Shown here: positions 40,667 through 50,534 of the stretch, piece after piece
Layout: each line of letters opens with the position of its first letter
How positions within the stretch are numbered: the first letter of the stretch is position 1
Assembly (NCBI GenBank): GCA_021791335.1
Contig: JAJYWS010000061.1
Span: forward strand, 22,924-86,923
Direction: 5' to 3'
Source: Thermoplasmata archaeon
GTDB lineage: Archaea > Thermoplasmatota > Thermoplasmata > Lutacidiplasmatales > UBA184
Length of the DNA: 64,000 nucleotides
Notes under the pieces: model-generated
What the model was told of the DNA's origin: nothing
The model's database searches: none
Seen by the model: only the letters and a program-made list of their open reading frames with translations
Program-made: the position numbers and the translations under genes

Positions 40667-41815
40667 TCAACTCTCGGCGAGGGCTTCCCGGTAGACTGAG
40701 ACTACCTCGGGGATCCGCCGGGCCCAGTCGAACGCTGCGGCCCGGGGCCGACCGGCCGACCCCATCCGCCGCCGGAGGGCCGGATCGTCCGCCAGCCGTT
40801 CGATCGCCTCGGCCAAGGCCCCGGGATCCCCGGGCGGGACCCAAAGGGCCGACCCGCTCTCGCCGACCAGCTCGGGCATCCCTCCGACCCGGCTCGCGAT
40901 GATCGGGAGGCCGCGAGCCATCCCCTCGAGCAGCACCAGGCCGAACGGCTCGAAGCGGGAGGGCACCACGAGAATGTCGGCGTTTCGATACTCGGCGTCG
41001 AGCTCCGTCTCGGAACGGCGCCCGGTGATGGTGAGGCGGACCGAGGGGGAAAGGCGGGAACAACGATCGTCGAGCTCCGCGCGCGGAACCCAGATCTCCC
41101 CCACGATCCGCCACTCCAGGTCGGTCCGGCGGGCCAGCCGGCCGGCCGCCTCCAGGAGCACGTCGATCCCCTTCTGATCGAAGTCGACGCGACCGACGAA
41201 GAGGATCCGGAGTCGGGGGGTGGGGGGCCGGTCACCGGGGGTCGCCGGGGGGCACCGGGAGAGATCGATTCCGCCCGGAATGACCCGGAGCCGGTCGGCG
41301 GGCACCCCGATCCGGACCAGGAATCGCCGCTCCATCTCGGTCTCGGCGATGACCCGTCGCGCCGGCGCGAGGGTGCCCCAACGGACCAGGGCATCGAACC
41401 CGGCCCGCCCCCAATGGGGCCGGCCCGGGTCGGAGTGGGGGGTGACGACGAGCGGGAGCCTCCGAAGGGAGGCGGCGAGCGCTCCGGCCCATGTCGGGAA
41501 CTGGGCGAACCCGTGGGCGTGGATCAGGGCCCCGGGCTCGGTCCCGAGCCGGCGCAGCATCCCCGGCGAGACAATCCCGAGGTCGTTGGGCAACGGGAGG
41601 GCGAAGTACGGCCGGTGGCGGAAGACCGGATACCGGGTCGGGGGCGGGAGCTCGGCCGGTGAGAACCGGGCCCAGGGTCGGGGCGTCCTGAGATCGGTCG
41701 TGACCACGACCGATTCGATCCCTTCGTCCGGCAGCCGCTCGGCGAGCGCCTGCACGTGCCGGTCCACTCCGCCGATCGCCGGGGGAAACCGTTGGGCAGC
41801 GAGCAGGACCCGCAT
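40667..41815 (-). CDS. GT4-family glycosyltransferase
   Basis: C-terminal EPFGLVLLEGMA (E-x7-E) motif; start at the internal ATG MRVLLAAQRFPP. Confidence 0.8.
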   Translation of the reverse strand: MRVLLAAQRFPPAIGGVDRHVQALAERLPDEGIESVVVTTDLRTPRPWARFSPAELPPPTRYPVFRHRPYFALPLPNDLGIVSPGMLRRLGTEPGALIHAHGFAQFPTWAGALAASLRRLPLVVTPHSDPGRPHWGRAGFDALVRWGTLAPARRVIAETEMERRFLVRIGVPADRLRVIPGGIDLSRCPPATPGDRPPTPRLRILFVGRVDFDQKGIDVLLEAAGRLARRTDLEWRIVGEIWVPRAELDDRCSRLSPSVRLTITGRRSETELDAEYRNADILVVPSRFEPFGLVLLEGMARGLPIIASRVGGMPELVGESGSALWVPPGDPGALAEAIERLADDPALRRRMGSAGRPRAAAFDWARRIPEVVSVYREALAES

Positions 41816-41819
41816 CGTG

Positions 41820-43196
41820 TCAGCTTCCCGGCGCCGGTCCACGACGGGCCGCCCCGTTCTCCTCCGCCCGGAGGGCCATCCCCCGACGTCCCCGCGGAGA
41901 GCGGGCGACCTCCCACGCCAGCCAAAGGAGGACCGCGGTGAAGATGAGGCCCAGAACGATCAGCCCCACATTCCTCAGCGGGCCGAGGACCGGACTCCCG
42001 TTGGCCGAGTCGGCCAGGGTCAGGGCCGCGGGGGTGAGGGGCCCGAGGAGCTGCAGGAGGAGGTCCTGATTCACCAGGAGGTAGACGGTCGCCACGCCCG
42101 TGACCCAGGCGAGGTGGCGGCGGCGCTCCGGATGCCAGAGGACACAGTCGAGGAGGAGGAAGACCAGCAGGTAGATCACGATCTGCTCGTACACATCCTG
42201 CCGGGTCAGCATGTAGGCGATGAGGATGAGCAGCATCGCCTGAACCGTCGCTTCGGCGTTACGGACGGAGAACCGGCGGGCGGCCCAGATACCCACCCCA
42301 AGGACGACCGGGATCCAGAGGTAGGAGAACGCGGTGTAGAAGACCGTCGGCTCGAGGTAGGGGCTGAGGTAGGGCGACTCGAGCAAGGACGCATAGGTCA
42401 TCCCTCCCGAATTGCCGTGAACCTGCGCGTTGACCAGCCCCTCGAACCCGGGGAGGCTCCAGTGGAAGGCCAGGAAGAAGGCGGCCGTTCCGAGAATCGG
42501 GATCGCGCACGCGACCAGGACCAGGACCACCCCCTTCCCTCGGTCCCGGACGAGGTGGTACGGCAGGGCGATCAGGGGAAGAAACTTGAGGAAGATCGAG
42601 GTCCCCAGAAGCGACCCCGAGACCCAGGCGGCCTCCGCGAGCAGGGCGGCGATCCAGAACGCCGTCACGAGGGAGTCAAACTGGCCCCACATCGCCGCGA
42701 TGATGATCGGGTAGGGGAAGAGCATCCAGAAGGCGAGAATGCCCCGGGCCCGATCCTCACGACCGGACTCCCGGAGTACGAAGCGGTAGAGCAGGTAGCC
42801 CAGGAGGACGTCCCCCCACACCTCGGGCTGCTTCAACAGGAAGTACGCGAGCCATCGGCTCGACCACGGAAGCGCGAGGTAGCCGTGGTAGATCCCGACC
42901 AGGATCATGGTCCACAGCGGCAGGAATCCGACCGACGGCAACGCCACCGTGAGATAGGCAAAGCTCAGATGGGGCGCCGGCAGAAAGACCTGGTACGGTG
43001 TGACCCCGGGGCCGACCCAGTAGGCATTGCGGATCCAGACCTCGAAGTCGTACTGCTGCCCGGTCCAGAAGGAGAGCACTTCCCGGAGCGCGAGGCCGAG
43101 GAGAAGCCAGGCCGCCGGGTTCAGGCGCCTCAGGAGGCGGTTCCAGGGCCGCCGGGCGGCGATCGACGCTCCGGCCGGGGGCACGGACGAATTCAC
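41820..43196 (-). CDS. Polytopic membrane protein, probable GT-C-type glycosyltransferase
   Basis: About 12+ TM helices. GTG start at 43196 overlaps the upstream GT2 stop (GTGA). The N-terminal 74 aa of the track ORF are discarded. Confidence 0.55.
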   Translation of the reverse strand: MNSSVPPAGASIAARRPWNRLLRRLNPAAWLLLGLALREVLSFWTGQQYDFEVWIRNAYWVGPGVTPYQVFLPAPHLSFAYLTVALPSVGFLPLWTMILVGIYHGYLALPWSSRWLAYFLLKQPEVWGDVLLGYLLYRFVLRESGREDRARGILAFWMLFPYPIIIAAMWGQFDSLVTAFWIAALLAEAAWVSGSLLGTSIFLKFLPLIALPYHLVRDRGKGVVLVLVACAIPILGTAAFFLAFHWSLPGFEGLVNAQVHGNSGGMTYASLLESPYLSPYLEPTVFYTAFSYLWIPVVLGVGIWAARRFSVRNAEATVQAMLLILIAYMLTRQDVYEQIVIYLLVFLLLDCVLWHPERRRHLAWVTGVATVYLLVNQDLLLQLLGPLTPAALTLADSANGSPVLGPLRNVGLIVLGLIFTAVLLWLAWEVARSPRGRRGMALRAEENGAARRGPAPGS

Positions 43197-43969
43197 GCCT
43201 CCGCTTCCCCCGCTGAGCTCGAAAGCGTGCGACGGTCCCGAACTCTCCACCGGCCCGGGGCCAGGTAGCCGCGCAGGAGCTTGAGATCGAAGACCGGGGT
43301 GTAGAGGAGGTTGCGGAGCGAGCGGCTGTTGGCGTGGATCAGCAGGGGCACGAGGAGCGAGAAGGCGAGTTCCCGGGGGCTGCCCCCGGCCGCCGCCCGG
43401 ATCTGGGCCCCCTGCCACTCCGGCCAGTCCCGACCACGGTACGGACTGCGGTGGACCATGGCGTCTGGGAGGTAGGCCACCTTGCGATGGTCCCGGGCCA
43501 ACGCTCGGCGAAGATAGTAGGTCTCGGAGCCCTGGGCGACCTCCGGCAGGGCCACGGTCCGGCCCCAGGCGACCGGAAGCAGGGTGAGCCCGAGCGGGAG
43601 ACCGTAGGCGAACGGATGGTGGCAGGCGTTGCCCACGACGGCGCCGACTTGGGGCTCGGAGAGCCGTCGATGGGCTCGGGCATAGAAGTCGGGGAGGACG
43701 AGCTCGACGTCGCTATCGAGGAAGAGCAGTGTCGGGGTATCGGCCAGTTCGAAGGCCAGCCGGGTCGCGCGTCCGATGCCCGTCTCTTCGCTCCGGAGCT
43801 CGGCGCCGAACGACTCGGCGATCGCCCGGGTCGAGTCGGTGCTGTTCCGGTCGATCACCCAGAGGTGGTGGATCGGGAGCCACTGTCGGGCCGCCCGGAG
43901 GCAGGCCTCGAGGGTGCGGCCCGAATTGAAGGTCCGGACGGCCACGTCCACCGGCGGGAGTTCGGTCAC
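43193..43969 (-). CDS. GT2-family glycosyltransferase
   Basis: Rossmann-like GT-A N-terminus with DSD/DxD motifs (WVIDRNSTDST..., LFLDSDVE). Confidence 0.7.
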   Translation of the reverse strand: MTELPPVDVAVRTFNSGRTLEACLRAARQWLPIHHLWVIDRNSTDSTRAIAESFGAELRSEETGIGRATRLAFELADTPTLLFLDSDVELVLPDFYARAHRRLSEPQVGAVVGNACHHPFAYGLPLGLTLLPVAWGRTVALPEVAQGSETYYLRRALARDHRKVAYLPDAMVHRSPYRGRDWPEWQGAQIRAAAGGSPRELAFSLLVPLLIHANSRSLRNLLYTPVFDLKLLRGYLAPGRWRVRDRRTLSSSAGEAEA

Positions 43970-44087
43970 GTCACCGTCGCCTCGTCCCGGTGCTCGATGC
44001 GCTCGCCCGGGCCATCCTTCGCCCTCCGGCCCGGGTACCTCCCGAGAGTAGATATCGTGGCGTGGCCTAGAGCCGAGCGGATCCTCC

Positions 44088-44318
44088 GTGAAGCTCTATT
44101 CGGAACGGCTCTTCCTCAAGTGGCTCGTGAGCAACCATGGGATCTGCTTCGGCGTGGACCTGAAGCATCGATCCTACCTCCTGCTCGCCTCGAGCCGGGG
44201 CCTGATCTTTCAGCGCCGCCCCGTCGGGGACAAGGTGGTGGAAAACCTCGACTACGAAATCCCGGCGATCGTGGACGCCCTCCGGACCGAGTCGAGGCGC
44301 AGCCCGTCGGGCCGATGA
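44088..44318 (+). CDS. Hypothetical small protein translationally coupled to the downstream split-barrel/methyltransferase fusion
   Basis: 76 aa (VKLYSERLFLKWLVSNHGICFGVDLKHRSYLLLASSRGLIFQRRP...) with strong GC3 bias. The stop overlaps the downstream ATG (ATGA). A TATA-like TAGATAT lies ~30 nt upstream. Confidence 0.4.
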   Translation: MKLYSERLFLKWLVSNHGICFGVDLKHRSYLLLASSRGLIFQRRPVGDKVVENLDYEIPAIVDALRTESRRSPSGR

Positions 44319-45529
44319 GCCGTCCTTCCCCGGTCCCGGCGCGGGACTCGGATCCCGAGGTCGTGCTGCTGGCCACCCCCGGCGGGGTGGTTCCGCTCGC
44401 GTTCGTGGAGGAGGGACCGGTCCTCTACCTGGTCGCCACCGATCGGGCGGCGGGGTGGCCCACCGAGGTCTTGAGGGCCGGGCGGGCCGACTACCGGTGC
44501 CGCGGGGCGGCGGCATCGGCGATCCCCCGGCTCGTCACCGATGGCGGGGAGATCGCGGAGATCCTGGAGCGGTTCCGGGCCAAGTACGGAGAGCGGGCCG
44601 TGCAACGGTGGTTCGCCCGTCCGGGACGGGTGCTGGCCCTGACCCCGTCCAAGGACTCCCCTCCGGCCGATCCCGAGGGCCGGTACTACGGCTGGCTGGA
44701 GTCCGAGTTCGACCTGATCGCCTTCGACTACGATCGGCACATTCTCGGCAACCGCATGAACCGGCTGCTCCGGGACCGGTCGCTCGCCCAACTCCACCGG
44801 ATCTTCGAAGCCCGGTCCCCCATCCTGGAGATCGGTTGCGGGTCCGGGATGGAGACCCTCGAACTTCTCAAATCCGGTCACGAGGTCGTCGCGGTCGATA
44901 TCTCGGCGCGGATGCTCGAGGTGGTTCAGCGGAAGGCCCGAGAGGCCGGAGCCCAGGATCGGCTTCGGGTCCACCGGCTCCGCGCGCGCGACCTGGACCA
45001 ACTGGTTCCCGAATACGGATCGACGGCCTTCCAGGGAGGTTTTTCCACCTACGGGGCGCTCAACTGCGAGCCGGATCTGGCCCCGGTGGCCGCAGCTCTC
45101 GGTCGATTGCTCCCCGAAGGCGCTCCGTTCCTGGCCGGGGTCTACAACCGGTGGTGCGCCTTCGAGATCCTCGCGTATGCCCTGACCGGGCGGTTCGAGA
45201 GAGCCGCCGGACGCTGGCGGGATCCGGTTCGGGTCGGGTCGTCTCGGTTCTGCGTCGATGTCGTGGCGTTTTCGGCCCCGCAGATGCGAAGGCTCTTCGC
45301 GGAAGGGTTCCGGCTCGAGAGGACCGAGGGGGTTCCGGTGATGCTCCCGCCGTCCGATCTGGTGCGCTATGCCGAGATGTTCTCGACCCGGTTCGCTCGC
45401 CTGGAGCGGCTCGATCGCTGGGTCGGAACCCACGGGCCGGGCCGGTGGCTGGGGGATCATCTCCTGCTCACGTTCCGCCGCCGGGGCCCCCACGCCCCCG
45501 GGGGCGTGCCGGGAACCGCGGACGGATAA
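44315..45529 (+). CDS. Fusion protein: N-terminal split-barrel domain (DUF385/PNPOx-like) + class I SAM-dependent methyltransferase
   Basis: N-terminal VVLLATPGGVVPLAFVEEGPVLYLVAT...AEIL resembles deazaflavin-dependent nitroreductase/PNPOx-like barrels. C-terminal ILEIGCGSGMETLEL SAM motif. Confidence 0.7.
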   Translation: MSRPSPVPARDSDPEVVLLATPGGVVPLAFVEEGPVLYLVATDRAAGWPTEVLRAGRADYRCRGAAASAIPRLVTDGGEIAEILERFRAKYGERAVQRWFARPGRVLALTPSKDSPPADPEGRYYGWLESEFDLIAFDYDRHILGNRMNRLLRDRSLAQLHRIFEARSPILEIGCGSGMETLELLKSGHEVVAVDISARMLEVVQRKAREAGAQDRLRVHRLRARDLDQLVPEYGSTAFQGGFSTYGALNCEPDLAPVAAALGRLLPEGAPFLAGVYNRWCAFEILAYALTGRFERAAGRWRDPVRVGSSRFCVDVVAFSAPQMRRLFAEGFRLERTEGVPVMLPPSDLVRYAEMFSTRFARLERLDRWVGTHGPGRWLGDHLLLTFRRRGPHAPGGVPGTADG

Positions 45530-45570
45530 ATACCACCCCCGCGTGTCGATTCTTCGGACCGTTTTAGGGA

Positions 45571-46500
45571 ATGAATGCTCGGATGGGACCCCCGTCATGG
45601 ATGGGCCGGCTCCGCCTCGCCGTGGAGCTCGGCCAGGGCTCCTCCGGCGGAGTTCCGCTGAGGGACCTCACGGAACTGTTGCCCGACGACGCTCCGCGAT
45701 CCGAGGCCGAGGTCGGGGAGTGGATCCTGCACAACCTGCCCTCGACGGTGATCGCGAACGGCCGGGCCTACCCGACGAGCGTTGTCCCCGGAAGCGAGCG
45801 CCCCGACGCCGAGGCCCGGCCGGAGGGGTATCTCCAGCGGGCCCGCGAATTCTTTTCCCCCTGGATGCAGGATCCCCGGTCGGAGGTTCGGTGCGCGGCC
45901 GTGACCGGATCGGTCGCCTACGGGTCGGCGGTGGTCTCCGACGATCTCGATCTGCTGGTCTGTACGGCCCGGGGCGCAGTCTGGGTATTTTTGGCCCGGG
46001 CGTTCCTCGCGGTCCGCCGACGACCCCGCGCCGGGGCATCCGGGGAACCCTCCCGATGGTGCTTCAATTTCGTCACCGATGACCGTACGCTGGTCGAGGA
46101 GTATCTCCGCGCCCGGGGGCTCCTGTACGCCCGGGAAGCCCTGATGGCCCGGGTGGTCCTGGGCGAGGATTTTTACCGGGGGCTCCTGGGAGCGTGCCCG
46201 TGGATGGCCTCGGAGGCCCCCCGACTCTATCGCCGATGGGCCCGGGACGGCTTCCCGCCCCAACCCCGGTCGTACCCGGCGTCGTGGCCGACCCGGCTCA
46301 CCAACCTCGCCCTGTATCTCCTGCTCGCCCCGTACCTTCAGTTGGTGGGGTTACGGCGGAACCATCGGCTGCGGCGGGAGGGCCGGCCCGCCCAGGAGTT
46401 CCGGACTATCACCCGTCTCGGGCGCCTCTTCTACCAGAGCCGCCGGTTCGATGACCTCGAGCGGCGGTACCGAGAGGTGTCGGTCACGGAGGGTCGGTGA
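45571..46500 (+). CDS. Nucleotidyltransferase-fold (Pol-beta superfamily) protein
   Basis: AAVTGSVAYGSAVVSDDLDLLV is the GS...DxD nucleotidyltransferase motif; a later Asp (FNFVTDD) is present. Confidence 0.6.
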   Translation: MNARMGPPSWMGRLRLAVELGQGSSGGVPLRDLTELLPDDAPRSEAEVGEWILHNLPSTVIANGRAYPTSVVPGSERPDAEARPEGYLQRAREFFSPWMQDPRSEVRCAAVTGSVAYGSAVVSDDLDLLVCTARGAVWVFLARAFLAVRRRPRAGASGEPSRWCFNFVTDDRTLVEEYLRARGLLYAREALMARVVLGEDFYRGLLGACPWMASEAPRLYRRWARDGFPPQPRSYPASWPTRLTNLALYLLLAPYLQLVGLRRNHRLRREGRPAQEFRTITRLGRLFYQSRRFDDLERRYREVSVTEGR

Positions 46501-47546
46501 CCGGGGCCGACTCCACCGGCCGGCCGCTCCGGCTCGTCGCTGGGATCGCGGCCTACCGTGAGGGGGAGCGGCTCCGCTGGTCGCTCGATTCGTTGCGCGA
46601 TCAGGAGCTTCCCGAGGGCATCCTCTGGAAGGAGTTCCGGATCGCCGTACCGGCCGACGACCCCGGCACCCTCGCCGTCGCCCGAAAATGTGCGGCCGCG
46701 GATCCAAGGGTGCGTCTCCTCGTCGAGCCCCAGCGTCGCGGCAAGTCGGCCGCTCTGGCCGAGATTCTGAAGTACGACGGGACGGACTATTTCATCCTCC
46801 TGAACGGCGACGCCCGGGCCCATCCGGGCGCGGTGGCCGAACTCGTTCTCCAGGCCGAGACCCTCCCCGGACCGGCCCTCGCGATCATGGGTCGTCCGGT
46901 GCCCCGCCCGACCCACCCCGGCACCCTGCTCGCGGCGACGCTGGCCCTGCTCTGGAAGTTCCATCATCTCTACCACCGGGAACTCCTGGGGACTGACGAG
47001 ATGCCCCACCTCTCCGACGAGCTTCTGTTGATCCGTTCGGAGGGACGGCCCACGCTGCCCCCGGGGATCGTGAACGACGGAGCGTATCTGGCGGCCGAAC
47101 TCCGCCGGCTCGGAGGGACGCTGGCCTACGCCCCCTCGGCCCAGGTCGATATCGTCGTCCCGGAGCGGTGGCGGGATCTCTGGATCCAGCGACGCCGCAT
47201 CCACGCGGGGCATCGGCAGATCGGGGCGATGTTCGGCCACGCTCCGGGCAGCTTTGGGGACCGGGCGATCCGCCATCCGGTCTACGGCGCCGGGCGGATC
47301 GCCCGGGAACTGCTCCGGGCCGAGCGCGGTGTGCCGGCGGGGATGGCCCTGATCCTCACCGAGATCGGCGCGAACCTGGCGTCCCGGCTGGACGGCCCCG
47401 ACCCGGGCGCGAAATTCGTACGGTGGCGGCGGATCCAAGACCCGGCCCTCGAGAGTGAAGCCGCCGTCGACCGGCCCATCGACCCCCGGCCCCGGAGGGG
47501 GGCCGTGAAGGCCTCACTCGCCCCCGGCCCCGCGCACAAACCTTAA
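46497..47546 (+). CDS. GT2-like glycosyltransferase
   Basis: GT-A-like N-terminus (AYREGERL..SLDSL..., LLNGDA). GTG overlaps the upstream stop (GTGA). Confidence 0.65.
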   Translation: MTGADSTGRPLRLVAGIAAYREGERLRWSLDSLRDQELPEGILWKEFRIAVPADDPGTLAVARKCAAADPRVRLLVEPQRRGKSAALAEILKYDGTDYFILLNGDARAHPGAVAELVLQAETLPGPALAIMGRPVPRPTHPGTLLAATLALLWKFHHLYHRELLGTDEMPHLSDELLLIRSEGRPTLPPGIVNDGAYLAAELRRLGGTLAYAPSAQVDIVVPERWRDLWIQRRRIHAGHRQIGAMFGHAPGSFGDRAIRHPVYGAGRIARELLRAERGVPAGMALILTEIGANLASRLDGPDPGAKFVRWRRIQDPALESEAAVDRPIDPRPRRGAVKASLAPGPAHKP

Positions 47547-47605
47547 CCGGGGGGCCTGCTCCCCCCGGTCGGGTACCTTTGGTTCCTCCGCGACCGAGAA
47601 ATTGC

Positions 47606-48904
47606 ATGGTAGAGTCCGAGCCGACGATCCCGCCCGCCAAAGCCAAACCGTCCTCGTTCAACGATCTGCCGCTCCATCCCCATCTCCGGCGCGGCGTCGA
47701 GGAGCTCGGCTACCGGGAACCCACCCAGATCCAGCAGGAAGCGATCCCGGCGGCCGTCGGGGGTCGGGACATCATCGGAACGGCCCAGACCGGCACCGGC
47801 AAGACGGCCGCGTTCCTCCTGCCCATCCTCGAGCGGCTGATGACCGGCCCCCGGGGCCGGGTCCGGGCCTTGGTCCTCACCCCTACCCGCGAGCTGGCGC
47901 TCCAGGCGATGGAGTTTTTGCGGGTCCTCGGCCGGCACACCGGGGTGCGCTCCGCCGTCGTCTACGGCGGGGTCGGGATGGGCGACCAGGAACGGGCGCT
48001 GCGGGGCGGCGCGGAGATCATCGTGGCGACCCCCGGCCGCCTCCTCGACCACATGAGCCGCGGTTACGTGAACTTCAGCGGGCTCGAGGTCCTGGTCCTG
48101 GACGAGGCCGACCGGATGCTCGACATGGGATTCCTTCCGGATGTCCGAAGGGTCCTCTCCTCCCTTCCTCGCCGCCGCCAGACCCTTTTCTTCTCGGCCA
48201 CGATGCCGCCCGATGTGATCAAGCTCGCCCGCGACATCCTCGTGGATCCCAAGATGGTCCACATCCCCGCCACGACCGTCGCGGCGGTGGGCGTGACCCA
48301 CCTGGCGCTCCCGGTCCCGGCGCACCGCAAGGGCGACCTGCTCGAGGCCCTGCTGGCCGACAAGACCATGACCAGCGTGCTGGTCTTCGCGCGGACCAAG
48401 CATCGGGCCGACCGGATCGCCCGCAAACTCTCGGCGGCCCACTTCTCGGTCGATGTGATCCACGGCAACCGGAGCCAGAGCCAGCGGGTGCGCGCACTGG
48501 ACGGGTTCCGGGAGGGGCGGCACCGGATCCTGGTCGCCACCGACATCGCCGCCCGAGGGATCGATGTGGAAGGGGTCTCCCACGTGGTGAACTTCGATCT
48601 GCCGGACGGCCCGGAGACGTACATCCACCGGGTCGGCCGTACGGCGAGGGCCACCCGTCGTGGGGACGCCTACTCCCTGGTCGCGCCGGAGGAGGAGCGC
48701 GACTTCCGCCGGATTGAGTCGCACCTGGGCATCGAGATCCCCCGCAGCCGGCTGCCCGACTTCGATTACGACAAGGCCCCGGACCGGACGGCGGTTCCGG
48801 CCGACCGTCCCCGGTCGTTCCGCGGGGGCCCGCCCCCCCGGAGGGGCGGACGGGGCTTCGATCCCCGGGGCCGGAGTCGGCGGCCGGACCGACCGCGCCG
48901 CTAG
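47606..48904 (+). CDS. DEAD-box ATP-dependent RNA helicase with RG-rich C-terminal tail
   Basis: Q-motif, AQTGTGKT, DEAD, SAT and HRVGRTAR motifs. Confidence 0.9.
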   Translation: MVESEPTIPPAKAKPSSFNDLPLHPHLRRGVEELGYREPTQIQQEAIPAAVGGRDIIGTAQTGTGKTAAFLLPILERLMTGPRGRVRALVLTPTRELALQAMEFLRVLGRHTGVRSAVVYGGVGMGDQERALRGGAEIIVATPGRLLDHMSRGYVNFSGLEVLVLDEADRMLDMGFLPDVRRVLSSLPRRRQTLFFSATMPPDVIKLARDILVDPKMVHIPATTVAAVGVTHLALPVPAHRKGDLLEALLADKTMTSVLVFARTKHRADRIARKLSAAHFSVDVIHGNRSQSQRVRALDGFREGRHRILVATDIAARGIDVEGVSHVVNFDLPDGPETYIHRVGRTARATRRGDAYSLVAPEEERDFRRIESHLGIEIPRSRLPDFDYDKAPDRTAVPADRPRSFRGGPPPRRGGRGFDPRGRSRRPDRPRR

Positions 48905-48907
48905 GCG

Positions 48908-50524
48908 ATGCCGGACCGACCGGCCCCGGCTCCGTCGGCCCGCCCTCCCCTCCCCCGGGCTCACCGCCCCGGCGAGGCCCTGCTGGTCGTAGCCGCAGCC
49001 ACCTTCATGATGGTGCTCGACACGACGGTCGTCGTCGTGGCCCTTCCGGCCATCCAGCAGCAGTTTCGGCCGAGCTTCTACCGCCTCGAGTTGGTGCTGG
49101 TGGTCTATGTGGTCGCGCAGGGCGCCCTGCTGTTGCTCGCCGGATACCTGTGCGACCGGTTCGGGCGGAGGCTGGTCTTTGGTCTGGGAGTGGCGGGTCT
49201 CGGGCTCACCTCCCTCCTCTGCGGGCTGGCGCCGACGATCGATGCGCTGATCCTCGCCCGGCTGGCCGAGGGGGTGGCGTCGGCCTTCGCCTTCGGGGCC
49301 GGGCTCGCCCTCCTCAATGCCGAGACTCCGGCGCCGCGCCGACCCGCCGCCTTCGGCCTGTGGGCCGCCGTGCTCGGCGCGGGAGTCGCGGCCGGTCCGA
49401 TCGTCGGGGGCGTGGTCGTGACGCTCGCCGGGTGGCCTTGGATCTTCTTCATCAACGTTCCGATCGCCGGTGCGGTCGTGGGCCTGACCTTCACCCGGGT
49501 GGGTGAGTCCACCGGCGCGCCCCGGGCCGCCTGGGATCTTTCGGGCGCCGCCCTCTTCATCGGCGCGGCCGCGACCGCCCTGGTCGCCGCCGAGCAGGGT
49601 CCTTCCCAAGGCTGGGCCTCGCCCTGGGTCGTCGCGCTGCTGGCGGGATTCGTGGGCTGCGCCGTGGGGTTCCTCTGGAGGGAGCGGACCGCGGTCGCTC
49701 CGATGTTCGACCTGACCCTCTTCCGCCGGCGGGGGTTCCTGCTGGGCACGCTGGGGACCGTGGTGATCGCCCTCACCTACTGGTCCCTCTTCGTCTACCT
49801 CCCGCTCTACTTCCAGCGATACCTCGGCGCCTCACCCCTCGACGCGGGCGTCGCCCTCCTTCCGATCGCCCTGGCGTCGGTCCTGACCTCCCTGGGGGCC
49901 GGCCGAGCCGCCGTCCGCTGGGGCTCCGCACGGATCTTCCTCGTGGGGATGGGCCTCAGTGCCGTCGGAGGGAGCCTGCTCTACGGCGCCGCGGCGGGCT
50001 CCGGGGTATGGGCCTACCTTCCGGGCCTTGCTCTGGTCGGGGCCGGCGCGGGACTCTACCAACCCGAGATCAGCCGGGCCGCCTTGTCGGCCGCGCCGGA
50101 GGGGGAGGCGGGTGTCGCCTCGGCCATGAACTCCACGCTCCGAGCGCTGAGCGTCGCATTCGGCTGGGCGGGCGGGGCGGTGCTGTTCGGAGCCGCGGTC
50201 ACGAACGGATTCGTCGCCCGCATTGCCGGAGGGCCCATCGCGGCGACCGGGCTGACCTCCCGGTTGGTGGCCGCGATCATTCCGGGGGAGTTCGCGGCGG
50301 GGGCCGCCCTGCTCCCTCCGGCCTTGAGGGGGCTTTACTACCCGGTCGCCCGGGCGAGCTTCTACGACGGACTCCACGCGATCTTCGCGTTGGGAGTCGT
50401 CGCGGCCCTGGTCGGGATGATTTTAACCTGGTGGATCGGTCTCCGGGGTCCACGAAGCGACCCCCGAGCTCAGGCGGGGCCGGCGGTGGCCGACGGTCGC
50501 CGCGCCAAGGCGCCCCCCACCTGA
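48908..50524 (+). CDS. MFS transporter (DHA2-like, 14 TM)
   Basis: MMVLDTTVVVVALP motif and 14 hydrophobic segments. Confidence 0.8.
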   Translation: MPDRPAPAPSARPPLPRAHRPGEALLVVAAATFMMVLDTTVVVVALPAIQQQFRPSFYRLELVLVVYVVAQGALLLLAGYLCDRFGRRLVFGLGVAGLGLTSLLCGLAPTIDALILARLAEGVASAFAFGAGLALLNAETPAPRRPAAFGLWAAVLGAGVAAGPIVGGVVVTLAGWPWIFFINVPIAGAVVGLTFTRVGESTGAPRAAWDLSGAALFIGAAATALVAAEQGPSQGWASPWVVALLAGFVGCAVGFLWRERTAVAPMFDLTLFRRRGFLLGTLGTVVIALTYWSLFVYLPLYFQRYLGASPLDAGVALLPIALASVLTSLGAGRAAVRWGSARIFLVGMGLSAVGGSLLYGAAAGSGVWAYLPGLALVGAGAGLYQPEISRAALSAAPEGEAGVASAMNSTLRALSVAFGWAGGAVLFGAAVTNGFVARIAGGPIAATGLTSRLVAAIIPGEFAAGAALLPPALRGLYYPVARASFYDGLHAIFALGVVAALVGMILTWWIGLRGPRSDPRAQAGPAVADGRRAKAPPT

Positions 50525-50534
50525 GCCGGACCGA

